Assembly (NCBI RefSeq): GCF_963506605.1
Contig: NC_083278.1
Coordinates: forward strand, 73,718,001-73,782,000
Length of the DNA stretch: 64,000 bases
Origin: Zootoca vivipara
Taxonomy: Eukaryota
Reading direction: 5' to 3'
Part shown: positions 1 through 10,720 of the stretch, piece by piece
Position numbering within the stretch: the first letter of the stretch is position 1
Layout: the number at the start of each line of letters is the position of its first letter
Notes under the pieces: generated by a model
Databases searched by the model: none
What the model saw: only the letters and a program-made list of their open reading frames with translations
What the model was told of the DNA's origin: nothing
Program-made: the position numbers and the translations under genes

Positions 1-342
1 CATGCAGTGCACAACTTGTGGCTCACTAAGCCTGTAGAATTTGTAGCCCACCAAGTTAAGCGCAACCCACACCCGCTGGACAGTGGCAAACAAAGGGTAC
101 AACAATACTCTTCCCTTCCCCCCCCCCCAGAAGTGCTAAAAAGAAAGGTTGACAAGAACTTCAGAAGCTACTGGGCATGGCATCTTGGGCTTGGGGAGTC
201 ATCCGTCGTGCAGGCCTGTTACAAACAGTGCCTCTCACATACATACTTGGATACTGGAGACAAACAACCCACACTGATTTTCTAGCCATTTGAAATCCTA
301 GGAAGCAAGGTGCTACAGAACAAGGTCCCATTTCTGCGTATG

Positions 343-516
343 CAGGGGTGCACCTAGGGGTTGGCCACCACCAAGGACGCAGGCCCAGGGTGTGTGTGCA
401 AAAATCGTGCCTCTCCACTCTGGCTTTGAGTGGCTAGGAGGCCATCCGCCTGACTCCTTGGGTCACTCCTCTTCTGCTCCTAGCCAAGGGCACGAGGGAG
501 TCTAGGTACGCCTCTG
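343..516. mobile_element. Degenerate hAT-like MITE
   Basis: Imperfect TIRs CAGGGGTGCACCTAG ... CTAGGTACGCCTCTG; TSD not clean. Confidence 0.45.
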
Positions 517-1469
517 TGTGACTGTGATGGAATTCAAAGTTCCTGTTTGCTTCCTTCGTTTGGCTGCATGTGACAGAAGCATATGCCAGGCGAGCAATCA
601 GCTATTCATTTGAAGGTTTGAAAAACTGAGGCAGTCAGGCAGTTATAGGATTAGACCATAATCCAAAACACGCTCAGCCAGAGGGGAAAACATACACAAA
701 CAGAAAATGCTGCACACAAAACAGACGTCCTTTAGTTTGTTCCGTTGATTTTGGTGGGTGTACTTGAATGTTGAGCTGGGGGGAGGGACTTTAGAAAAGG
801 TTAGAAAAACCTTAGAAGTGATATCTCAGGCAACTCAATTTCCAGATGTTTCTTTTTAAAAAACGGTTTCACTTAATTGTGTGGCTCACAGGCAAGCTGT
901 ATGTTGCCTCTACCATTGCCCCCCTCCTCCATCAAGTACCGTTTGTGCATGTCATTTTATCACCACCTCCTCTGTGTTTTGACCCATCCCACTGTTTCTC
1001 CTTTTGCACGTCATGTTGACCAAGGCTCCTGACTCATCTATCACATGAGGCGACAGAAAGGAGACCTGGTTTTATCTTTTGTTTCATACTGTTTCCCCAC
1101 TGCGCTAACAAGTACAATGACACAGCCTTTATGTAATTTTTCACCCTCTGGGCAAAGACAGGCTGGGGCGGGGGGGGGGGGAGGTGAATTAGTTCACTGC
1201 TCAGTCTCAGAAATCAGCAGGTCTCAAAACACATTGCAGATAGTCTCTGTTTTGTAACATTTACAGCAGAGACACTTTGAACTGGTTCTAGAAGTTGTTG
1301 GTCCTGTTTTGTATTTATAGAAGACCCACCACACTGCTTCGAAAGTGGACAAGTCCACTCATGTGTTCGTGGATTGGGAATGCTCTCTGTCTGGGGAAAA
1401 GCTGAAGAGGGACTCTGGATGTAGCCATTTAAAACCTTAACTTCTTTTCCCTGCGGTGGTTTTCCAGGA

Positions 1470-1657
1470 CAGATCCACACTATGCATGTAAAGCACACCC
1501 ATCATTCATTTAAAACACATGACTTCCTCCAAAGAATCCTGGGAACTGTAGTTTGTTGAGGTCCTAGGAATGTTACTCTGTGAGGAGGAAACTGCAGTTC
1601 CCAGGATTCTTTGGGGGAAATCAAGTGGAAGGTGCTTTAAATGTGTAGTGTAGACCT
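1470..1657. mobile_element. Palindromic non-autonomous DNA element (GGGAACTGTAGTTT family)
   Basis: Inverted arms aagaatcctgggaactgtagttt / aaactgcagttcccaggattctt; related copies at ~17835, ~20200, ~30090. Confidence 0.6.
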
Positions 1658-2969
1658 CCCCTAAGACAGCTCGGTTCTTTATCGCATCAGCATCACTTTC
1701 CCTCTTACCTTAGGCATGGGGAAGCTCAGCCCAGGCTCCTATCCAGCCCATGAGACTCTCCCTGCCTAGAATATGCCTCCTCGCTAGGCCACACCAGTTC
1801 TCCTCAGGTTACATCCCTCACCAGCCTAGAGGCAGGCAGTACACCAACACAATGCCTATCCTGTCCAGAGCACCCCATTTTCAGAAACACACACTCCAAA
1901 CCTGGCAAAGGCTGCATTGGGTTCTTGGTGATGATATTTTACGTATGGTGCTTTATAGATGTGAGCCACCTGGAACTTGGAAGAGCCAGGATAAAAATAA
2001 GAGGGAGGAAGGGAAGTCCATTGCATCCATTACTTGACACCAGCCAAACCAAGTGGAGAACAGTACTCCCTAAGGGATAGTGCCTCCCATTCACATATAC
2101 ATTCATACGGGTATGTTAGAAGCAATATTCCCTATGGTGTGTCTGGTTTCATAGTGCTGGGTTTCATAGTGCTTCAAAAACCTGAAAAAGCTACTGGGCC
2201 AAACCATCAGATCAAAGAAGCAAGGAAACCCTGCTCTATTGCAATGCCTTCAACTCTCTTAAAAGCTATTGTTTGTCTCCATCCTTAGATGCATTCTGTT
2301 TCATGCTGGTAAAATGAAGCAATGCCACGATCCGCCCTCTTAATATGAATCAGGCAGTGTAGGCTATTCATTGTCAACTGTGTACAGGTAGGAGGGATAA
2401 ATGCATTTCTTTATTATGAATCAATATTTCACTTCAAAACAAACCTCAATGTGGTTTAGAATAATATATGTAAACCACAATAATATATGTAGTAACACAG
2501 CAGCAGCAATAATAATATCTCAACAGAGCATCACATTTGCTGCATTGTACACTATCTTCCATTTGGGCACTGCTGTCACATTAAAGAGCTTATATTTGTA
2601 TAACTCCAGGTTTTGCTTCTGGTAAAATCCATTTCTCATCAACTTTACATGGATCAAGGTGAAACCTGGAAATGACACCCACGCCACCTTTTGTTTAGAC
2701 TGCCACCACTTTTTTTACAAGCATGCTTGCAAATTTTGCCTTAGGTCATAGCACAAGAGCTACTACAGCCAACAGACTTTATAAATGACCTGTCCACATT
2801 CTCTAGCTAGGTTCAGATGAGCTTGCGGTCGACAAAAAATATGTATAAAGTGGCATAGTTCATGCTCATGTACTTTTGAAAATCAGGAACTGCAGAACTC
2901 ACCATCAACAAAGTCACAGATTCATAGTCTGTGTCTACTATTACTGTTACACCACTTTTTATTGCTCAT

Positions 2970-3696
2970 AGAATCATAGAGTTGGAAGAGACCACAAGGG
3001 CCATCCAATCCAACCCCCTGCCAAGCAGGAAACACCATCAAAGCATTCTTGACATATGCTGTCAAGCCTCTGCTTAAAGACCTCCAAAGGAGGAGACTCC
3101 ACCACGCTCCTTGGCAGCAAATTCCACTGCCGAACAGCTCTTACTGTCAGGAAGTTCTTCCTAATGTTTAGGTGGAATCTTCTTTCTTGAAGTTTGAATC
3201 CATTGCTCCGTGTCTGCTTCTCTGGAGCAGCAGAAAACAACCTTTCTCCCTCCTCTATATGACATCCTTTTATATATTTGAACATGGCTATCATATCACC
3301 CCTTAACCTTCTCTTCTCCAGGCTAAACATACCCAGCTCCCTAAGCCATTCCTCATAAGGCATCGTTTCCAGGCCTTTGACCATTTTGGTTGCCCTCTTC
3401 TGGACACGTTCCAGCTTGTCAGTATCTTTCTTGAACTGTGGTGCCCAGAACTGGACACAGTACTCCAGGTGAGGTCTGACCAGAGCAGAATACAATGTTA
3501 CTATTACTTCCCTTGATCTAGATGCTATACTCCTATTGATGCAGTCCAGAATTGCATTGGCTTTTTTAGCTGCTGCATCACACTGCTGACTCATGTCAAG
3601 TTTGTGGTCTACCAAGACTCCTAGATCCTTTTCACATGTACTGCTCTCAAGCCAGGTGTCTCCCATCCTGTATTTGTGCCTTTCATTTTTTTTGCC
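2970..3696 (-). mobile_element. CR1 LINE, 5'-truncated (end of ORF2 plus 3' tail)
   Basis: ORF 2974..3705 has CR1 ORF2 motifs (CEKDLGVLVD, LVRPHLEYCVQFWAPQFKKD, LEKRRLRGDM); minus-strand 3' end ttccaactctatgattctatga. Confidence 0.95.
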
Positions 3697-3702
3697 CATG
3701 AG

Positions 3703-4100
3703 CAAGGATGGGCCAGTGTATCAGTTTCCATTTCAGTTTCTCATTTCCCCCCAACCCTCAGTGCAGTTCTTCACATTTCCACATCAGTTTGCTTAAAAAC
3801 CAAAAAAAGAGGTCATCATGGAAATTCATCAGCATTTTGACACAAATTTCTCATTATATGCACGTGTTAGCATGTAATTTCCCCAAATATACTCATTTTT
3901 GGAAAAGCAGTTGTCTCTGATATAATGCATTTCCATATGTCCTTTTTACTAGTATATGCATTTGTGTGTTTATTACTTGGCACTGCAAGATTCAGAGAAG
4001 TCCAAAATTTGAAGGATGGATATGTTGCAGTCACCAAAATTGATAATTAGGTAGGTTCATCTTTAAATGCAAAGTGAATTGAATTTCTCCCCCATCCCTA
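3703..4100. mobile_element. hAT-like non-autonomous element
   Basis: Termini caaggatggg ... cccatcccta; right flank ctcaagag (4101-4108) matches left flank ctcatgag (7/8) once the CR1 is removed. Confidence 0.55.
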
Positions 4101-4923
4101 CTCAAGAGGTTTTGAATAGCAAAACATTTGTGCCACCATTCAGACATTTCAAAGCATGTGCTCTCTTTAAAAACAAAAACAAACCTTGAAAATTAAACTT
4201 TGCACCTTAGAAAATAATGCTATTTATTTATTTAAAATATTTATATCCCATTCTTCCATCATAACAAGATGATCCCGTAGAGGTTTTCCATTTACAATAA
4301 AATACATAAACAAATAAGCATAGACAACAACAACAAAAATCTAAAAATACTATGTATCATTACATCTGGCTTTGTGGCTCAGACTAGCAAAGCTTAAGAC
4401 TTCAAAGAGGTTTTCATTCAGAAGACCTGAATTCTAAGCCCAACTGCAATTTTAAGGATCATTTATGCAGTTAAAAAAGCAAACTAGCTTTTTGGATTAT
4501 CTCCTAGGCCCTGCTTTGGTTGATCGAATCCAAATCTGAAGTTTTCAATGGACTTGTCTGGACTCATCCCAGCAGGTTATGAAAGGAAAATGTGGTTTTC
4601 ATGATGTGCCAAAAGGAATAACAATTTGCAGAATTCTATATATCCCAGATCCCATTCTGACTAAAGATGAACATTAAAAATAGGAAGACACCAAAACAGA
4701 TATAATTAACTGTATCTCAAACAGTTTATGCCTTGTGACTTCAATTTACTTCTGAAAATAATTCCCTCAGATATATCTATTTAGAAATCTGAATATAGAA
4801 TAGAAGACCTCCCAAATTGGAAATATCATATAGGGTGCTTTGTAAGAAAATGATTAGGTTTAGTGCTAAGGATTTAATCCCAGGGTTTACTGAGAATTAA
4901 CTTCCATTCTGCTTTTAATACGG

Positions 4924-6029
4924 TGTCGTGGAAATTTGGTCCCAAAATGCGCTTCCCTGTTAGAGGGACAGGCGCGGCTTGGAAGCTCCGGGATTGCGCT
5001 TGGTTCGCCTCCGCCGGGAAAATGACAGAGACCACGCGTTGCTGTCAGTGAAAACAAACAGATCCCTTTATTGAAAAAATGCAGAAAACTACAGCTGTAG
5101 GGTCCCTGCCTCTGGAAAGAAGGAAGGGCCCCCGGGAAATGGTGAAGTCCCCCTATATACCCTCCTGTTCATGCATGGAAATCTCTGGACTAGGAGGGAG
5201 GGGGAGACAAGGGCGACGGGTGGGAGATCGGATTAGCTGGGTGCGGAGATGACTTCTCCTTTCAGATGGAGAGATGTCAATTGCTCTTCTCCTGTCGCTG
5301 ATGGTGCTCCCTGTTGTTTGGCAGGAAGGGCAATCAGTCGAGATGGGTGCAGAGGTGGGGCAGTTCCTGGCGATTTCCATGGGGTGGAAGTCCGCCCGGC
5401 AGTGTTTTCCTCCAGGCCATGGAAGGGTGGGCTACGTTGAGGATGGCAATTTATTTGAATAAAGTTGTTCCAGCTAATCCCTCTATTGTCCGTGTGTCCT
5501 TGAATGGGTATAGGGTGGTAGTAGGGCAAGGTTCAGGTGGGTTGGGATCATACAGGGTTCATACAGAAAATATACCTGGAAAACATACCTAATGCAGGGA
5601 TTTCTAATTAAAAGGTAGCAGTCCTGACATATACAGTTCTAAGATATAAAACAGCAATTCTAATACAGAGGCAGCGGATAGAGATTTCATGGTAAGAGAA
5701 CATATAATAGGCTGTATTATTAACTTGAGTAGAAAAGTTTAACTTTGGATTTGGGCGGTTTCCCCCCCCCTTCTTCTGGAAACATTGTTTTGTTCTGGGC
5801 GGAGGGGAGGTGGAGAGGGGAAATGTGTGAGTTTATGCTAACTGTTGTGCATATGCAGATCCTTAAGCCTTCCTTCAGGCAGGGTCGAGTCCTAGCTGGA
5901 GGGGTGGGGAGACAGGGAAGATGGCATTGAACAGGATTCTGGGTATTGCAGCTGTCAAATTCTGTCACCCCTCTCTGTTCATTAATAATGGTGTCCTGCA
6001 AACCCCCCCCCCAATATGATTTTATAACA
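4924..6029 (-). repeat. ERV 3' LTR (1106 bp)
   Basis: tgtcgtggaa...tataaca; minus-strand TATATA (5154-5159) and AATAAA (5067-5072); abuts the PPT. Confidence 0.95.
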
Positions 6030-6040
6030 GCCCCCTCTCT
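6030..6040 (-). promoter_or_regulatory. Polypurine tract
   Basis: Minus strand AGAGAGGGGGC immediately before the 3' LTR. Confidence 0.85.
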
Positions 6041-6249
6041 GAGGCAATATTGTTGTGTAACAACCAATCATTGCCTCACATAATATTCTCCATTTCCCAG
6101 GTGGTACATTGGCACAACCTAGGGGTATGTGGTGGCGGCTCAAAGGGGGCTTGGGAGAAGCATTTTATAAGAAATGGTATATGCCTTACATTACCGGGAA
6201 GGTCCACCAATGACTGAAAAATGCAGTTTCCTTGGAGTTTGCCTTTTGT

Positions 6250-6680
6250 GTGTTCTCAGGTGTAAAAGTTAGCTTTCTGGTCCCACACCTCCATCATGGC
6301 ACAGCAGCAACAATCCCTGGTGAATCCCCTTAGGGCTTTCATATCGACCATGTCACCTGGCACTCACCATAGCTGCCACAGGTTTGGGCATGTCATGAGA
6401 GAGATGCCTTTGCCTTGGGCTTTCTATGGGATTTTTTTATTATAGGCTCTGGTCTTGCACTGTAGTAGGGAGTTGCTCAGTTACTCTTAAAGGGAGAAAG
6501 CTACTTGCACCTTGGATACACTTGCCCAATTAGAACTGACCCAATTATAATTTATACAGCCCCATAAAAACCATTCTGAAAAGGGCACATGTCCAAATTG
6601 GTCAATTTAATTCTATAAGGAATCATTCCAGGTAAATCAAGGCATATACACCTTCTTGTATCTGCTGGTTTCATGAATCC
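6250..6680 (-). pseudogene. Decayed integrase-like remnant (end of core and C-terminal domain)
   Basis: Minus-strand peptides LDLPGMIPYRIKLT..DMCPFQNGFYG, PGDMVDMKAL and KGIHQGLLL resemble the retroviral IN motifs W..LP.AL..IR.TP..GLSPFE..YG, PGDWVYVK and WKGPY.VLL, with stops and frameshifts. Confidence 0.45.
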
Positions 6681-7103
6681 TGAAACTGCTTCTTGGTATG
6701 GCGGGGGCCCCTTCAGTGGGGTGACGATAGGCATTTGTCGGGGTGCTGTGCTGTCACCCTTCAGCTTCTTTCGGGCGCTCTCAAAGATATCAAGGTACCT
6801 AATCTGGAGGGGGTACTGGTCTTCTAGGGCGACACGCAACGCGGCCAGTCGTTGCAGATTAAAGGATCCCTCCCTTATCCATCGCAGTTCTGCGGGCTGC
6901 CTTGCAGTAATTTTCACCCAATCTTTTGTGCAGAGTTTCATCAATTTCGTTTGCGATATTCCTTTCCCCTCTGAAAGGACGTCCCAGTGGTTGAGGACGT
7001 ACTTCAGCGGGCTGTCAGTGTTCAGGCGAGAAGTAAGCTCCGGCGGAGCTTCCTTCTCCCCTGAAGCCTGCAGCGATGTCCCTTTGGACAAGGGTGCACC
7101 CAT
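6552..7103 (-). CDS. gag: Truncated retroviral Gag: myristoylatable matrix plus PPPY late domain (183 aa from ATG at 7103)
   Basis: Kozak aaaATGG; MGAPLS (MGxxxS); SPLKYVLNHW, LCTKDW, WIREGSFN and QIRY match the gammaretroviral MA pattern (TPLSLTLDHW/FCS.EWP/WP.EGTF/QVPY); PPPY at 6696-6707; no CA or NC. Confidence 0.85.
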   Translation of the reverse strand: MGAPLSKGTSLQASGEKEAPPELTSRLNTDSPLKYVLNHWDVLSEGKGISQTKLMKLCTKDWVKITARQPAELRWIREGSFNLQRLAALRVALEDQYPLQIRYLDIFESARKKLKGDSTAPRQMPIVTPLKGPPPYQEAVSGFMKPADTRRCICLDLPGMIPYRIKLTNLDMCPFQNGFYGAV

Positions 7104-7794
7104 TTTTGCCCTGGTCAGTCTCCGAAGGGGCACTTGCGCAAGTTCTAGCCCTGGGCAGTCTCCGACGGGGCTTTGGGGTCTCTCGGGGTTCTGGGGACTC
7201 CTGGGGAACCTGGGGCACGTCTAAGGAAGGTGGACAGACTCCGATAGGAAAGTGGACCGACTCCGATAGGAAAGTGGGCTTGGGAAGGTTTGCTAAAGGG
7301 CTCTCTAAGGGAAAATGGGGTTTGGAAAGTCTCCTTAGGAAAACGTTCTAGGAAAGTGGGCACACTCCGAGGAGGACTCCTACTCCCACCCAAAATTTAA
7401 TAGTGCCACAGCAATCTCCCTGCCTTTTACACTCTAGACTCAGGTCCTACTGAACGCTTGCCCACGCAATGCCAGATCGGACCTGAGGAATGCAAAGTAG
7501 GAAAAGGGAACGGGCGCACTTGCAATCTCTGGTCATGGGTCATTCCTAAGAAAGGTCGCCATGGCAGAGGGGCGTCTTCACCCGGGATAGCTAAGCGAGA
7601 AAAGGGAGAGTTGCCAAGGCTTGCTATCTGGGCAAAACTCCGACGGACAACAAGCCTTGGGGAGGAAAAGGGCAGCCGCAAAACCTTCCAGCCTGGGCAG
7701 ACTCCGACGGGCTTTGGGTTTTTTGGCTATGAAAATAGGAAAGAGTTTGATTGCTGTGACAATTCCCACCCCGAAAAGCCAATTCCCTATTGAT

Positions 7795-7800
7795 ACTCAC
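7795..7800 (-). promoter_or_regulatory. Candidate ERV major splice donor
   Basis: Minus strand AAC|GTGAGT in the leader between PBS and gag. Confidence 0.55.
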
Positions 7801-8046
7801 GTTGCAGCGCGCTGCCTTCTTTTCCTGAAGCTTGGTCACCTCGCAACAATCAGGAGAAGAAAATCTTGTAAAAATCAACCCCCCACGGCCGTCTGGATCC
7901 TGTTTGTTTTCCCTGTGTGGTCCCGCTAAGGATCCCAGTTAGGCCAGAACTCCAGGGACAGTCAGGGAAGGAGATCCCCCCTGCAAATGGCTGGGTGCGC
8001 TTGGGCCCTCCAACCACGGCTCCCCCAGAGTACGGCTAAACGAAGG

Positions 8047-8064
8047 CTCCTGGCTGGCTCGCCA
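8047..8064 (-). promoter_or_regulatory. Primer binding site, tRNA-Arg(ACG)
   Basis: Minus strand TGGCGAGCCAGCCAGGAG is complementary to the 3' 18 nt (CTCCTGGCTGGCTCGCCA) of vertebrate tRNA-Arg(ACG); lies 5 nt from the 5' LTR. Confidence 0.9.
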
Positions 8065-8069
8065 TAAAC

Positions 8070-9177
8070 TGTCGTGGAAATTTGGTCCCAAAATGCGCTT
8101 CCCTGTTAGAGGGACAGGCGCGGCTTGGAAGCTCCGGGATTGCGCTTGGTTCGCCTCCGCCGGGAAAATGACAGAGACCACGCGTTGCTGTCAGTGAAAA
8201 CAAACAGATCCCTTTATTGAAAAAATGCAGAAAACTACAGCTGTAGGGTCCCTGCCTCTGGAAAGAAGGAAGGGCCCCCGGGAAATGGTGAAGTCCCCCT
8301 ATATACCCTCCTGTTCATGCATGGAAATCTCTGGACTAGGAGGGAGGGGGAGACAAGGGCGACGGGTGGGAGATCGGATTAGCTGGGTGCGGAGATGACT
8401 TCTCCTTTCAGATGGAGAGATGTCAATTGCTCTTCTCCTGTCGCTGATGGTGCTCCCTGTTGTTTGGCAGGAAGGGCAATCAGTCGAGATGGGTGCAGAG
8501 GTGGGGCAGTTCCTGGCGATTTCCATGGGGTGGAAGTCCGCCCGGCAGTGTTTTCCTCCAGGCCATGGAAGGGTGGGCTACGTTGAGGATGGCAATTTAT
8601 TTGAATAAAGTTGTTCCAGCTAATCCCTCTATTGTCCGTGTGTCCTTGAATGGGTATAGGGTGGTAGTAGGGCAAGGTTCAGGTGGGTTGGGATCATACA
8701 GGGTTCATACAGAAAATATACCTGGAAAACATACCTAATGCAGGGATTTCTAATTAAAAGGTAGCAGTCCTGACATATACAGTTCTAAGATATAAAACAG
8801 CAATTCTAATACAGAGGCAGCGGATAGAGATTTCATGGTAAGAGAACATATAATAGGCTGTATTATTAACTTGAGTAGAAAAGTTTAACTTTGGATTTGG
8901 GCGGTTTCCCCCCCCCCTTCTTCTGGAAACATTGTTTTGTTCTGGGCGGAGGGGAGGTGGAGAGGGGAAATGTGTGAGTTTATGCTAACTGTTGTGCATA
9001 TGCAGATCCTTAAGCCTTCCTTCAGGCAGGGTCGAGTCCTAGCTGGAGGGGTGGGGAGACAGGGAAGATGGCATTGAACAGGATTCTGGGTATTGCAGCT
9101 GTCAAATTCTGTCACCCCTCTCTGTTCATTAATAATGGTGTCCTGCAAACCCCCCCCCCCAATATGATTTTATAACA
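8070..9177 (-). repeat. ERV 5' LTR (1108 bp)
   Basis: Near-identical to 4924..6029; TATATA 8300-8305 and AATAAA 8213-8218 on the minus strand. Confidence 0.95.
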
Positions 9178-10067
9178 ACGGCATAGCCAATTTCTTCACA
9201 TAAAAAAGGGATGGGGGAACAGTCAGCTTCCTAAGATCAGAATAAAAAGAACAACAATTGAATGAAATTTGCATCTCTGAAAACCCAAATTATATTTGTG
9301 AGTAATCAGTGTATTAATTCAGGGACTTTTCTATGGTGCTAATCACTGTCATTATGTTTCTGAGCACTTCAGATGCATTAATGAATTTATTCTTGTAGCA
9401 TGCTTGTACAAAAGAGCAGTGCTGTTCCAGTTTAATAGATGGTGTTTTGAAGCACAGGGAGAAGACGTAGTTGATGTAAAGTTGCCCAAAAATTCTGACC
9501 CGCTGTTTGAACAAAGAGCTCTTAAATTCTGCTCTAAATCAGCAGGAATGCGCTGGGCACTGGCGTGATCATTACATCAGCTTCTGCAGTTCAGATGCAT
9601 ATTTGTCAAATGCAGAGCGTGAAACAATAAGCAACTTGTTTCCGTTTATGTTACCCATGCTATGGCTTCTGTTGTGTTCAGAACAAATTGGTTCGCATTG
9701 ATCAGCGGATGAATGGTGAACGAAATCAAAGTGAGCAAGAATCAAAGTGATTTCATCTGATTTTATATCAGGGCAAAGGTGCACTTTAGATATTCAGAAA
9801 ACAGAGGCAATGCTTGCTTAACTGCCACTTGACACAAATTGGGAAATTGCCATCTTGCTGCCACCACCACCCTGCCACTGCCACTGCCACTGCCGCCTCC
9901 CTTACCTGGGTTGTGGGGCGGCGCTTGCAAAGCAGAAATCTTGCCAGTGGTGGAGGTGCCCACAGGTGTGCTATCTCGTGGGCTTCCACTGCACAAGGCA
10001 GCTGCCTCAGCCTGCCTCATAGGTAGGCCAGCTCTGTCAGAAAATGAATAGAGTCAATAGACCATTA

Positions 10068-10434
10068 AAAAGGTAAAGGACTCCTGACAGTTAACTCCAG
10101 TCGCGAACGACTCTGGGGTTGTGGTGCTCATCTCGCTTTACTGGCCGAGGGAGCCGACATTTGTCCATAGACAGTTTTTTCCGGGTCATGTGGCCAGCAT
10201 GACTAAGCCACTTCTGGTGAAACCAGAGTAGCGCACAGAAATACCATTTACCTTCCCGCCAGAGCGGTACCTATTTATCTACTTGCACTTGACGTGCTTT
10301 CGAACTGCTAGGTGGGCAGGAGCTGGGACCGAGCAATGGGAGCTCACCCCATTGTAGGGATTCGAACCGCCAACCTTCCAATCGGCAAGCCCTAGGGCTC
10401 TGTGGTTTAGACCACAGCACCACCCGTATCACAT
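10068..10434 (-). mobile_element. Sauria SINE
   Basis: Reverse complement of the GGGACGCGGGTGGCGCTGTGGTCTAAACCAC...CCTTTACCTTT type SINE; 12-bp TSD aatagaccatta (10056-10067, 10435-10446). Confidence 0.9.
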
Positions 10435-10557
10435 AATAGACCATTAGTGAGACCATCTTATCGCTTCAAAATGAAGGAGAGAGATGCTCACTCACATGGA
10501 TGCTTCCGCCCTGTAAATTAGCATGTCACAGAGAAAATAAGGCTAGAAATCTTCCAC

Positions 10558-10720
10558 TCTTGGGCAAAGGTGATTGAGCGGGTGGTTGCTGAACAACTCC
10601 AGGCATGCCTGGAGGATGCAGACCATTTGGATCTCTTCCAATCGGGATTCAGGCCTCATAGTGGGACTGAAATTACTTTGTCCATGCTGGTCAATGATCT
10701 CTGGCGGGCTAGGGAAAGAG
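10558..10720 (+). mobile_element. L2/CR1-group LINE RT fragment
   Basis: Translates LGKVIERVVAEQLQACLEDADHLDLFQSGFRPHSGTE. Confidence 0.75.

Larger units (their letters stand above)
4924..9177 (-). mobile_element. Internally deleted class I (gammaretrovirus-like) endogenous retrovirus, two-LTR provirus
   Basis: Two direct ~1.1 kb repeats with TG...CA ends, 4-bp TSD ACGG (4920-4923 and 9178-9181), PBS, PPT and a Gag matrix ORF, all on the minus strand. Confidence 0.95.

Noticed and set aside
6030-6550. env remnant
   Set aside because: No furin site, ISD/CX6CC or TM segment seen; the little similarity present is to integrase
7104-7223. Glyco-Gag-like N-terminal extension from the GTG at 7133
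   Set aside because: The frame is closed by TAG at 7221-7223 and has no hydrophobic signal-anchor segment
5153-9148. Duplicated small ORFs suggesting accessory genes in the LTRs
   Set aside because: They are duplicated only because the LTRs are; no recognisable protein, and one is frameshifted by poly-C length
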